From an uncultured Clostridium sp. (lineage in GTDB: Bacteria; Bacillota; Clostridia; Ch29): a stretch of 64,000 nt of DNA. The notes under the pieces are model-generated. The model saw only the letters and a program-made list of their open reading frames with translations, ran no database searches and was not told where the DNA came from. The DNA is taken from assembly GCA_964625335.1 (NCBI GenBank), contig CAZVBE010000001.1:28463-92462 (forward strand), in the 5' to 3' direction. A program made the translations under genes and the position numbers. Positions 22,061 to 31,174 of this stretch are shown here, piece after piece (position 1 is the first letter of the stretch; every line of letters starts with the position of its first letter).

Positions 22061-23479
22061 ATGGATAATAGAGAAATGCTGCGGTTACTGCCTTCGGTTG
22101 ACCAAATGATCAGAGACCCTGAGGTGGTCAGCATAATAGAAAAGCATGCACGGGTTCCGGTAACCCAAGCCCTAAGAGAGGTACTTGAAGAAACCCGGCA
22201 GAGGATTATGGATGGAGAATTTGATGCGGTTATAAGCGCTTCTTTACTGAAAAAAAAGCTTATCCAGGCTTTAAGGGAAAAGATAAGAAGTAAAAGCCTT
22301 GGCACAATGAGGGAAGTTATTAACTGTACAGGGGTGGTAATACATACAAACTTAGGCAGGGCGCCTGTTTCGGACAGCGCAGCACATCACATGGCCCGGT
22401 TGTCCGGCAGGTATATCAACCTTGAATATAACCTCCGGGACGGTACCCGGGGCTCCCGGCAAGATATAGTGAGGGAGCTTCTATGCAGTATTACCGGGGC
22501 GGAGGATTGCATAGCAGTAAACAACAACGCGGCGGCGGTTTTACTGGTTTTAAGCGCTATGGCAGCGGGCAGGGAAGTGATTGTTTCCAGAGGAGAACTG
22601 GTTGAGATAGGTGGCTCCTTCCGGGTACCTGAAGTTATGGAACAGGGCGGTGCAAGGCTTGTGGAAGTGGGCACCACCAATAAAACCTACATTGACGACT
22701 ACAGAAGGGCGATAAATGATAATACAGGCATGCTGCTTAAGGTGCATACCAGTAACTACAGGATTTGCGGATTCACCAGCCAGGTGTCCGCCGAAGAGCT
22801 GGCCGGCCTTGGCAAAGAATACGGTATACCCGTAGTGGAGGATTTGGGCAGCGGCGTGCTGGTAAACCTGGAAGAGTACGGCATAGGACATGAACCCACA
22901 GTTCAAAGCAGTATCCTGTCGGGGATAGATATCATAACCTTTAGCGGGGATAAACTGCTGGGCGGCTCCCAGGCAGGGATAATAGCAGGAAAAGGGGAAT
23001 ACATAAGGAAGATTGAAAAGCATCCGCTGGCGCGGGCTGTAAGAGTGGACAGACTGACGCTGTCGGTTTTGGAAAGCACCCTAAGGATATACGCACAGGG
23101 GGAAAAAGTAATTGAAAGAATACCTGTACTGGATATGCTGACAATGCCTGTTACACGGTTGGAACAAAAGGCCGGGCGGCTTATGGAGTTGGTATCGGGC
23201 TTAAAGCCCTGTGCGGATATAGATATGGAAAAGGAATATTCCCAGGTGGGGGGAGGATCGCTGCCCCTTGAAAGGATAGAAACCAGGGTAGTATCCATAG
23301 TACCAAAGCATATTCCTGTAAACGAAATGGAAGAAAAGCTGAGAACAGGCGACACCCCTGTAATAGGAAGGATTGTAAAAGATAGATATGTAATAGATGT
23401 CAGAACGGTATTCGATGAACAGCTCCCGGTATTGGCGGATATGCTGACTTCCGTTTTAGCAGGGGGTGGCAGCAGTTGA
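22061..23479 (+). CDS. selA: L-seryl-tRNA(Sec) selenium transferase
   Basis: FSGDKLLGG PLP-lysine motif. The N-terminus LLPSVDQM is typical of SelA. It overlaps selB by 4 nt. Confidence 0.9.
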   Translation: MDNREMLRLLPSVDQMIRDPEVVSIIEKHARVPVTQALREVLEETRQRIMDGEFDAVISASLLKKKLIQALREKIRSKSLGTMREVINCTGVVIHTNLGRAPVSDSAAHHMARLSGRYINLEYNLRDGTRGSRQDIVRELLCSITGAEDCIAVNNNAAAVLLVLSAMAAGREVIVSRGELVEIGGSFRVPEVMEQGGARLVEVGTTNKTYIDDYRRAINDNTGMLLKVHTSNYRICGFTSQVSAEELAGLGKEYGIPVVEDLGSGVLVNLEEYGIGHEPTVQSSILSGIDIITFSGDKLLGGSQAGIIAGKGEYIRKIEKHPLARAVRVDRLTLSVLESTLRIYAQGEKVIERIPVLDMLTMPVTRLEQKAGRLMELVSGLKPCADIDMEKEYSQVGGGSLPLERIETRVVSIVPKHIPVNEMEEKLRTGDTPVIGRIVKDRYVIDVRTVFDEQLPVLADMLTSVLAGGGSS

Positions 23480-25386
23480 GCAGCATAATAATCGGTACGG
23501 CGGGGCATATTGACCACGGGAAGACTACACTTATTAAGGCTTTGACCGGCAGGAATACCGACAGGCTAAAGGAGGAACAGCGCAGGGGAATATCCATAGA
23601 ACTGGGCTTTACTTATTTTGACCTGCCTGACGGAAGAAGGGCGGGAATAATCGATGTACCCGGCCATGAGAAGTTTGTCAAAAATATGCTGGCAGGGGTA
23701 GGAGGAATGGATATTGTCCTTTTGGTGGTGGCCGCCGATGAGGGTATAATGCCACAGACCGCCGAGCACCTTAACATCCTTGACCTTATCCGGATAAAAG
23801 ACGGAATCGTAGTTCTGACAAAAACAGACATGGTAGAGAAAGAATGGCTTGATATGGTTATTGAGGATATAAAAGAGAAGACCAGAGGTACCTTTCTTGA
23901 GGGGGCTCCGGTCATACCTGTTTCATCCACCACCGGTGCTGGAATTGACACCCTTGTAGAGGCTATCGCGGGTATTACCGGTGAAATTGACGTGAAAAAT
24001 CCCGAAACCATATACAGGCTGAACATAGACAGGGCCTTTTCGATAACCGGGTTTGGCACTATAATAACGGGAACGCTTATTTCAGGGAAGCTTGAGGAGG
24101 GGCAGAAAGTATGTATATACCCTGCTGGTATAGAAGGCAGGATAAGGAACCTTCAGGTCCATGACCGGGATGTGGAGACCGCTTACGCCGGACAGAGACT
24201 TGCGGTCAACATTGCGGGGATAAAAAAGGACCAGATTCACAGGGGAGACGTATTAGCTCCCGTCAATGCACTGCAGCCCACCATGATGCTGGACTGCAGT
24301 CTGCGCCTTATAAGGGATACCGACCGGATACTGAAAAACAGGGGCAGGGTCCGGCTGCATATTGGAACCAGGGAAATTCTATGCAGGGTTATACTTCTTG
24401 ACCGGGAGGAGCTTGAACCCGGTGAAAGCTGTTATGTCCAACTTCGGTTGGAGGATGAGGCCGTAGCTTTGAGGGGTGACCGGTTTGTAATAAGGAGTTA
24501 CTCTCCGATGGAGACCATAGGCGGCGGTTTAGTGCTGGAGCCAAACCCGCCCAAAAGAAAGAGATATAACAAAGACGTCATGGAAGAATTAAAATTAAAG
24601 GAGTCCGGCAGTCCTATACAGGTGCTGGAAAAGGTTATAAGCTTAAACAGCAGCGGTTTTCCCGGCATATCCCAACTGGCTAAACTTACGGGAAGCAGCC
24701 GGGAGGAATTAAAGCCCCTGCTTGAAGAGTTGGTGAGTAACGGTAAGGTCAGGGAATTCCACGGCGGCAGTGAGAAGGTCTACATACATAAAGGGTACTA
24801 TTCCCATTTGCTGTCAAAGGCGGTTTCCATTCTCGGACAGTTCCACAGTTGCTATCCCCTGCGCAGCGGTATGCCTGTGGAAGAGTTTAGAAGCAGGCTT
24901 TTTGGAAGTGGGAAGGGAAATTATACCGATGATATACTAAAGTCTATGGAAAGGGAAGAATGTATCAGGGCTAAGGCCTATGCGGTTTTCCTCCATGATT
25001 TCAGTATTGACCTTACCCCAAGGCACCGGGAAATTAGGGACCATTTGTTGGAGATGTTGGAACAGGGAGGGTATTCTCCCCCGGGAATGGGAAAAATACT
25101 CGAAAGCGCATCCTACAGGGAAGCTGAACTAAACGAAGTTTTGGATATGCTGGTGGAGTCGGGGGCTGTTAAGCGGATAGACGAGGATGGTTTATTTCTG
25201 GCAAAATACTATAAAAGTGCAGTGGATATTGCTGTTAATCACATCAGAAAGGAAGGCAGCATCAGTCTTGCCACTTTCCGGGACCTGTTAAACACCAGCA
25301 GAAAATATGCCATGGCGCTGCTGGAAGAAATGGACAGGGACAAGGTAACCCGAAGGACCGGGGACAACAGAGTTTTGTACCGGTAG
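23476..25386 (+). CDS. selB: selenocysteine-specific translation elongation factor (TTG start)
   Basis: GTP-binding motifs GHIDHGKT, DVPGH and TKTD, plus a long C-terminal winged-helix extension. It lies next to selA. Confidence 0.9.
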   Translation: MSSIIIGTAGHIDHGKTTLIKALTGRNTDRLKEEQRRGISIELGFTYFDLPDGRRAGIIDVPGHEKFVKNMLAGVGGMDIVLLVVAADEGIMPQTAEHLNILDLIRIKDGIVVLTKTDMVEKEWLDMVIEDIKEKTRGTFLEGAPVIPVSSTTGAGIDTLVEAIAGITGEIDVKNPETIYRLNIDRAFSITGFGTIITGTLISGKLEEGQKVCIYPAGIEGRIRNLQVHDRDVETAYAGQRLAVNIAGIKKDQIHRGDVLAPVNALQPTMMLDCSLRLIRDTDRILKNRGRVRLHIGTREILCRVILLDREELEPGESCYVQLRLEDEAVALRGDRFVIRSYSPMETIGGGLVLEPNPPKRKRYNKDVMEELKLKESGSPIQVLEKVISLNSSGFPGISQLAKLTGSSREELKPLLEELVSNGKVREFHGGSEKVYIHKGYYSHLLSKAVSILGQFHSCYPLRSGMPVEEFRSRLFGSGKGNYTDDILKSMEREECIRAKAYAVFLHDFSIDLTPRHREIRDHLLEMLEQGGYSPPGMGKILESASYREAELNEVLDMLVESGAVKRIDEDGLFLAKYYKSAVDIAVNHIRKEGSISLATFRDLLNTSRKYAMALLEEMDRDKVTRRTGDNRVLYR

Positions 25387-25447
25387 GCCATATATAGGGC
25401 TTATCAGGGAGAAAAAAATCAGACAAACAATGAAAGGAAGGGTTGGA

Positions 25448-26299
25448 ATGGCAAAAAAGAAGAGTGTACTTGATTTTAAAAGGATGAAACAGGAAGGAGA
25501 ACAGGTGGCATGGGTAACGGCTTATGACTTTCCCATGGCTTCCTTTGCGGAACAGGCGGGCATGGATATGATACTGGTCGGGGATTCCCTGGGCATGGTG
25601 GTTCTTGGTTATGACAGCACCATCCCCGTAACAATGGAGGATTGTATTTCTCACTGCCAGGCGGTCAGGAGGGGCGCACCCAACACCTGGATTATAGGAG
25701 ATATGCCCTTTATGTCATACCAAAAATCCGATGAGCAGGCGGTTGAGAATGCAGGCCGTTTCCTCAAGGAGGCAGACACCGACTGCATAAAGCTGGAAGG
25801 CGGCCGAAGGGTTGCCAGCCGAATAAGGGCTATAACCGATGCCGGCATTGTTGTCATGGGGCACATCGGCCTGACACCTCAAAGCTCTGGGCAGCTGGGA
25901 GGATTTAAGGCCCAGGGCAGGGACGTGTTGAGCGCAAGGGAGCTTATTAAGGATGCCCTTGCAGTACAGGAGGCGGGAGCATTTTCAATACTACTCGAGG
26001 CAGTACCGCCCGAACTGACGGAATTTATTGCAAAAAAACTGGAAATTCCCGTTTACTCTATAGGTGCGGGTCTGTGTGACGGTCAGGTACTTATCTGCGG
26101 TGACATGTTGGGACTATTCGAGGCCTTCACTCCAAAATTTGTAAGGAAGTATGCCAATGTGGCGGAGATTGAGATAAATGCATTTAAGCAATATATCAAA
26201 GAAGTTAAAAGCGGAGAATTTCCAACCGATGACCATGTTTACCATATTATTGACAGCAAAGAACAGTTTTATGAGATGTTCAGGGAATTTGATGAATAA
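25448..26299 (+). CDS. panB: 3-methyl-2-oxobutanoate hydroxymethyltransferase
   Basis: Overall PanB-like sequence (VTAYDFPMA..., GDSLGMVVLGYDST, KLEGG). Confidence 0.85.
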   Translation: MAKKKSVLDFKRMKQEGEQVAWVTAYDFPMASFAEQAGMDMILVGDSLGMVVLGYDSTIPVTMEDCISHCQAVRRGAPNTWIIGDMPFMSYQKSDEQAVENAGRFLKEADTDCIKLEGGRRVASRIRAITDAGIVVMGHIGLTPQSSGQLGGFKAQGRDVLSARELIKDALAVQEAGAFSILLEAVPPELTEFIAKKLEIPVYSIGAGLCDGQVLICGDMLGLFEAFTPKFVRKYANVAEIEINAFKQYIKEVKSGEFPTDDHVYHIIDSKEQFYEMFREFDE

Positions 26300-26353
26300 C
26301 ATGGCATATTGAAATAAATACGAGTCCATGGTATAATACAAAAAGTCAAATCC

Positions 26354-26451
26354 GGGGGTAGATGGGTGCTGGTGTGCCTCCTGGTCTTCAAAACCAGTCG
26401 CTGGGCGTTAGTAGCGTCCGGGGTGGGTTCAATTCCCACATACTCCCGCCA
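26354..26451 (+). tRNA. selC: tRNA-Sec (anticodon UCA)
   Basis: GGTC-TTCAAAA-CCAG anticodon arm with UCA, a long variable arm, T-arm GTGGG-TTCAATT-CCCAC, an extended acceptor stem and encoded CCA. It is ~98 nt, lies next to selAB and is followed by a strong terminator. Confidence 0.85.
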
Positions 26452-26454
26452 TTT

Positions 26455-26500
26455 AAACAGGTTTTGCGTTCATATGAGCGCAAAACCTGTTTTGTTTTTT
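26455..26500 (+). terminator. rho-independent terminator after tRNA-Sec
   Basis: AAACAGGTTTTGCG ... CGCAAAACCTGTTT 14-bp stem followed by a T-run. Confidence 0.85.
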
Positions 26501-26559
26501 GGTCAATTAACAAATTGTACGGTATATAAGTATTATGGTAATAGAGAGGAGGATGGGAT

Positions 26560-26718
26560 ATGGACAAAAAACAAGCCAAAATAAAAAATAAACAAAAAAA
26601 ACGAAATGAAAAGGCAGCAACGGCAAGTGTAATGATAGAGGCTAAGGTGCCCTCAGCCTGCTATGAATTATCTGTAAAACCGGCGAACCATTCAATCCAA
26701 AAACATGAATCCGGATGA
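26560..26718 (+). CDS. possible 52-aa lysine-rich small protein (below the ORF-track cutoff)
   Basis: ATG is preceded by GAGGAGG. MDKKQAKIKNKQKKRNEKAA... The stop overlaps the next ATG (ATGAATCCGGATGA). Confidence 0.3.
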   Translation: MDKKQAKIKNKQKKRNEKAATASVMIEAKVPSACYELSVKPANHSIQKHESG

Positions 26719-27337
26719 TATAAGCGGAATGGTTAATGCCATACCGCTTATTATGATATATATAGTGCCCGGATACATTATCCTGCGGATCAGCAATTTT
26801 CAACTGTCAAGGAAAACAGAGCATAACCAGTATATACTGGTTAAAAGCCTGGTTATAAGCTTTGTGTTTTTATCAGCAGCAGAGGCTGTGTGGGGAATCA
26901 TATTTCCCGGCAGCCATGTATTGGGTGACCCTGTATTCAGGAATGCGGTTATTTTATCTTCGGCAGCCGCAGGGGTTTTATTATCCAGGTTTCTAACCAG
27001 CATACTTTTCGAAAAGCTTTTATTAAGGCTTGGGATCTATAAGACTTTGAGAGCGGGTATCTGGAGTGATGTAGTGGATTTTGAATATGGTCTTTGGCTT
27101 ATGGTGTATATGTCAGTAGATAGGGTGGTCTATGCCGGGAAACTGAGGAGGTATGTGGAGACCGAGAACTTGGGCAGTTATGTAGTATTTCTCAGTAATT
27201 ATACACTGTATGATTATAATGCGGATGTGTTGAAGGATTATGTGGAAGACAACGATAAGTGGGTGGCGCTGCACTCCAAGGACATAGGCAGGATAGAGTT
27301 GTTTTACCATGAAAGAAGCAGCAAGATTGCACATTAG
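26705..27337 (+). CDS. hypothetical membrane protein
   Basis: Three to four N-terminal hydrophobic helices and a soluble C-terminus. No recognisable motif. Confidence 0.5.
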   Translation: MNPDDISGMVNAIPLIMIYIVPGYIILRISNFQLSRKTEHNQYILVKSLVISFVFLSAAEAVWGIIFPGSHVLGDPVFRNAVILSSAAAGVLLSRFLTSILFEKLLLRLGIYKTLRAGIWSDVVDFEYGLWLMVYMSVDRVVYAGKLRRYVETENLGSYVVFLSNYTLYDYNADVLKDYVEDNDKWVALHSKDIGRIELFYHERSSKIAH

Positions 27338-27375
27338 GGTCTTATGGGAAGACATGGGGAGGTGAAACGAACGGT

Positions 27376-27972
27376 ATGACTAAGGAGCAGTTTATACAGG
27401 AAATTCTGCCAGGAGCATTGGACGGGCATAAGGAGTATAATATTTTACCTTCCCTTACGCTGGCCCAGGCAGCTCTGGAAAGCGGCTGGGGCAGAAATCA
27501 TATACAAAACAACCTGTTCGGGATTAAGGCGACGGATTCCTGGAAAGGGAAGGTAGCCGAGGTATGGACCACGGAATATATCAATGGGCAGCCGCAGAAG
27601 GTTAGAGCGTTGTTTAGGGCCTATGACAGTTTTGCGGAAAGCGTGAGGGACCACAGCAGGCTGCTGGGAGAGCTGCCAAGGTATATAAGTGTAAGGGAGG
27701 CAAGCAACTATAAAGAAGCCTGCTATGCGGTACAGCAGGCAGGATATGCCACCGATCCCGAATACGCTGTCAAACTGATAGGTATAATCGAAACAAACGG
27801 ATTTGAAGAGTATGACAACCAAGTCAAAAAAACCCACTGGGCGGAAGGGATATGGAAGAAACTAAACGAAATAGGTATCCCCGTCTATGAAAAAAGATAT
27901 GATGAAAGGGCTACCCGGGGAGAGGTAATGGCTTTGGTTCTGAGGGCGGTTCAGCGTATAACGGGGAAATAA
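27376..27972 (+). CDS. glucosaminidase-domain (mannosyl-glycoprotein endo-beta-N-acetylglucosaminidase/FlgJ-like) peptidoglycan hydrolase
   Basis: LAQAALESGWG and NNLFGIK motifs. The C-terminal stretch (ATRGEVMALVLRAV) resembles an SLH fragment. Confidence 0.75.
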   Translation: MTKEQFIQEILPGALDGHKEYNILPSLTLAQAALESGWGRNHIQNNLFGIKATDSWKGKVAEVWTTEYINGQPQKVRALFRAYDSFAESVRDHSRLLGELPRYISVREASNYKEACYAVQQAGYATDPEYAVKLIGIIETNGFEEYDNQVKKTHWAEGIWKKLNEIGIPVYEKRYDERATRGEVMALVLRAVQRITGK

Positions 27973-27990
27973 GGAATATGGGTATACACG

Positions 27991-29661
27991 CTAGAGGACA
28001 TTTACAAGAAGTATGCTTACATCGTCCTCCAGCTTTTTGTCCAGCACAAAACATGAGAATCTGTCGAAGATTTCATAATACAGTCCCTCAGCAGATTTGT
28101 ATAAATTGCATTCCAGTATTTCCATAAGCCTTTGGTCGGAAAAGGCAATACCCTCCCTGTTAACCGCTTCCACAAGGCCGTCGGAGTACAGCAAAATCCG
28201 GTCACCGGGCTTTAACTGTAATTTCTTGTCACTGTAAGCCGGCTGCAGGTATTCGCCCATTTTACAGATAGGAAAGGTGTCTTTGTTAACCAGATTGTAA
28301 ACCTTCGAACCGGACAGCGCCACCGGCCGGGTGTTGAGTCCGGCGGAACAGTAGGTAAGTTCCCGTGTCCGGCTGTTGTACACGCCATAAAACATAAGCA
28401 TATACATTTCGTCGGGGAATCTGGAGCTATTGAATTGCCGAAACAGGTCTGCCAGCGCCATGGAAGGGGACAGTAGAATCTGCTGTCTGTATGTGTCAAG
28501 CTTATTTGCCAGAATTGTTCTGTCGTTAAATATTGTTATAATGGCAGATGATATTCCATGTCCCGATACATCCGCCAGATAAAAACCAATATTCTCCTCA
28601 TCAATCTGGAATACATTGAAAAAGTCCCCGCTCAGGCTTTTACATGGGACAAGGGCTGAATAAAATTCTAATCCGGTGTAGATAAGCTTCCGTTCGGGGA
28701 GTATGGACTGCTGTATCTCCCTTGCCAGTTCAATGTCTTTATACAGCTGGCTGTTGGCCTCCATAATCTTAAGCCTTGCCCTTTCTATTTCCTCCTCCAG
28801 AGTATCGGCATGGCGTTTGAGCAGGATGTCGGCTTTTTCCAGCCTTTCATAGGGCAGCTTTATGTTTTGCATAAACAAAATATTGAACATAATGGAATAG
28901 GCTATTATTTTAAATATATGGCCCGCCAGGTTGTACATGTCAAATACGCTTATATATAATGTGAAACACAGTTCACTGAATATGCTTATTATCAGTGCGG
29001 TGGCAAACATAATGGAAGCAGTGCTGCCGGTTTTTCTGAATTCAGATACAGACAGCACCACTGCTATTGCCTGTACTGCAATAATAGCGTATTCCGCCTG
29101 TATCTTTAACGGCGTAAGCCCGGTACCCTCAATATATACTTTGGGCAACAAATCCGAATGGAAGGTCACTATGTAAATTAACACAAAGGAGACCGAAAGG
29201 GATGTAATAAGGGCAATCCAGCGGGAAACCCCGGTTGTTTTATCCGGTTTAATACATGCTGTCCACAGGAAACCCAGCGCCATAATAAGACGGGCAATCA
29301 CCCAGTATGTGGTCGGAATGGAGGCGCCGTTAGGAGCGAAAAAATCCGGCATTCCTTTAAATGACATGGTATGGAATATATCAAGGAAGCCGCCTATTAA
29401 GAATGCACAGGCCAGCACTATATATCTGAGGCTGGAACTGCGTTTGTATATATAGAAAACTATCGTGAAAATGGCAAAGGAAAATAGTATACTGATGAAT
29501 TCCAAAAGGGAATGTAAAGACAGAAACCGTGATTCTCCTATGGAGGTGTGCATAAAGGCTCCGGCTCCCCCTAATAGTACCATGGATAAAAGACACAGCA
29601 TAATGGCCATTATGGGATACAAATAATAGTTATTTTTGTAATCTGCGATTTTGTTAAGCAT
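27991..29661 (-). CDS. membrane-bound PP2C/SpoIIE-family serine phosphatase
   Basis: An N-terminal half with ~8 TM helices. The C-terminus carries SGDFFNVF and ADVSGHG PP2C-type motifs. Confidence 0.8.
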   Translation of the reverse strand: MLNKIADYKNNYYLYPIMAIMLCLLSMVLLGGAGAFMHTSIGESRFLSLHSLLEFISILFSFAIFTIVFYIYKRSSSLRYIVLACAFLIGGFLDIFHTMSFKGMPDFFAPNGASIPTTYWVIARLIMALGFLWTACIKPDKTTGVSRWIALITSLSVSFVLIYIVTFHSDLLPKVYIEGTGLTPLKIQAEYAIIAVQAIAVVLSVSEFRKTGSTASIMFATALIISIFSELCFTLYISVFDMYNLAGHIFKIIAYSIMFNILFMQNIKLPYERLEKADILLKRHADTLEEEIERARLKIMEANSQLYKDIELAREIQQSILPERKLIYTGLEFYSALVPCKSLSGDFFNVFQIDEENIGFYLADVSGHGISSAIITIFNDRTILANKLDTYRQQILLSPSMALADLFRQFNSSRFPDEMYMLMFYGVYNSRTRELTYCSAGLNTRPVALSGSKVYNLVNKDTFPICKMGEYLQPAYSDKKLQLKPGDRILLYSDGLVEAVNREGIAFSDQRLMEILECNLYKSAEGLYYEIFDRFSCFVLDKKLEDDVSILLVNVL

Positions 29662-29767
29662 AGACAGCCCCCGATATTTTCTGAATCTATGTTAAAGATT
29701 TCTACAGGCGCCGCGCTTTTTCCTTCCGGGGCCGGAATAAACGGTAAATAATTGTCGGTTTGAGACA

Positions 29768-30379
29768 TTAATTGTCGGGCAGCCGGCTGTTTTTTTCTAT
29801 GCTTTCAAAGGCCGGCGGTATTATATCGGATACCCCGGAATCTTTTTCACCACCGGGGTTGGGACCAGATGTGATCGTATCCATCAGGCGAAAGATTTCT
29901 ATCATTTCAATGGCTTTACACGCGATATTCATCGCAGCCTGTTCGCCGGGTTCAAGGTGTGGTTTTATTGCGGTCAGCATACCCAGGGAAGAGCGTCTAT
30001 TGTCCGACTTGGAGGCAACCTTGTCGGAATAGAGCTCAGGATTCATTATATTCTTTAGTTCAAGGCATTTTGCCACAATGTGCATTAGCTGCTGATATGT
30101 AGGGTCCAGGTAAGGGAGAGATGCTTTAATAATTTTTATTTTTTTATCCTCTGCGAGGGAATCCATGCTAAAAACCGCCGGCCCGGGATGCGAATGCTTC
30201 CTTTCGGGACGATGGGTGCTATCCGTTACAGTCTGAGGTTTGGCCCCACCCGTTTGGGCGAACATTTTTGAGACCATCATAGCCAGTTTCAGCATTTGTC
30301 CCATATCCGGCGCCTTGTTTTTCTGCGCTGTTATTCTGTAATGACATTTTTCACACATTTCATTCATTGGGGTATCCAT
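29768..30379 (-). CDS. hypothetical protein (contains two copies of an A-x-KP-x-L helical motif shared with 30761..31174)
   Basis: Long ORF, last gene of a same-strand cluster headed by an S8 protease gene. Confidence 0.55.
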   Translation of the reverse strand: MDTPMNEMCEKCHYRITAQKNKAPDMGQMLKLAMMVSKMFAQTGGAKPQTVTDSTHRPERKHSHPGPAVFSMDSLAEDKKIKIIKASLPYLDPTYQQLMHIVAKCLELKNIMNPELYSDKVASKSDNRRSSLGMLTAIKPHLEPGEQAAMNIACKAIEMIEIFRLMDTITSGPNPGGEKDSGVSDIIPPAFESIEKNSRLPDN

Positions 30380-30497
30380 ATGCTATCCCTCCAAAAAATG
30401 CTATCTTTATATAATATGCAAAAGCATCATAAATGACATTGAAAATCCAAAAAAAATCGGGATGACCCGACCGGACATCCCGATTAGCGGCAATATG

Positions 30498-30731
30498 TTA
30501 TTCGAAGGATTTAAGTAGATTCTTAAGTTGTTCCACTTCCTCCTTTGAAAGGATTGGTTCAACAAACTGAAACAGCTTATTCTTTTCCTCTTGGGTGATT
30601 TCCTTTTTGCCGGAAGCCTCTTTAAGTTTCTTTGCCTCCTCAAACAATTCTGCCTCGCTCATATGTGAATACTTATCCAACATGTCGCTTATCAGTTCGG
30701 GGTTAATATAGTCCAAATTAATACCTCCCAT
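30498..30731 (-). CDS. small acidic helical hypothetical protein
   Basis: 77-aa ORF within the same-strand cluster, rich in E/K/L. Confidence 0.45.
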   Translation of the reverse strand: MGGINLDYINPELISDMLDKYSHMSEAELFEEAKKLKEASGKKEITQEEKNKLFQFVEPILSKEEVEQLKNLLKSFE

Positions 30732-30760
30732 CTACTCCTTATTAGTATACGCAGAACTTC

Positions 30761-31174
30761 CTAATGTGTTTCTAGAAAAATAAGAAGAATTATCAAAGGT
30801 ATCAAAACGCTTAAGTTGGAAAACCCAATACCACCGGTTGTATCCGGATGGAGCTTCGTGCTTACGGAGGCGGAGGCATTTGCATATCGCCGTGAGTGCA
30901 GCAGGTCCTCCGCCATAACCTTTGACAGAGTAGCTAAGCTGTACGAGTAAACAAGCTTATCTATCACAGCACAGCATTCATTATCCACAAAGGGCTTAAG
31001 CGCAGAAAGAAGCCCTATCTCAGGGGGCGGGTTTTCGCTTAATATATCGCACTGGTTTTTGAGCATTTCTTCAAAGGGCTCGACATATTTTTTGTGCAGG
31101 TTATTGGTTATCAACTCCACTATCTCAACAGTATCCTGTTGTATTCTACTATCTATAGGTAGCACCTCCCTCAC
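30761..31174 (-). CDS. hypothetical protein with C-terminal TM anchor
   Basis: Overlaps the S8 protease gene end by 26 nt. C-terminal hydrophobic tail LSVLIPLIILLIFL. Confidence 0.55.
   Translation of the reverse strand: MREVLPIDSRIQQDTVEIVELITNNLHKKYVEPFEEMLKNQCDILSENPPPEIGLLSALKPFVDNECCAVIDKLVYSYSLATLSKVMAEDLLHSRRYANASASVSTKLHPDTTGGIGFSNLSVLIPLIILLIFLETH

Noticed and set aside
22903-23517. 204-aa antisense ORF opposite selA/selB (and similar long antisense ORFs such as 14940..15410, 12560..13006, 36028..36501, 47587..48066 and 53290..53952)
   Set aside because: Each lies entirely opposite a gene with clear family motifs. They are Ser/Pro/Leu-rich with low complexity and have no RBS. These are shadow ORFs.
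26366-26584. ORFs on both strands overlapping the tRNA-Sec gene and its terminator
   Set aside because: The region folds as a tRNA with a UCA anticodon and a strong terminator. The ORFs are artefacts.
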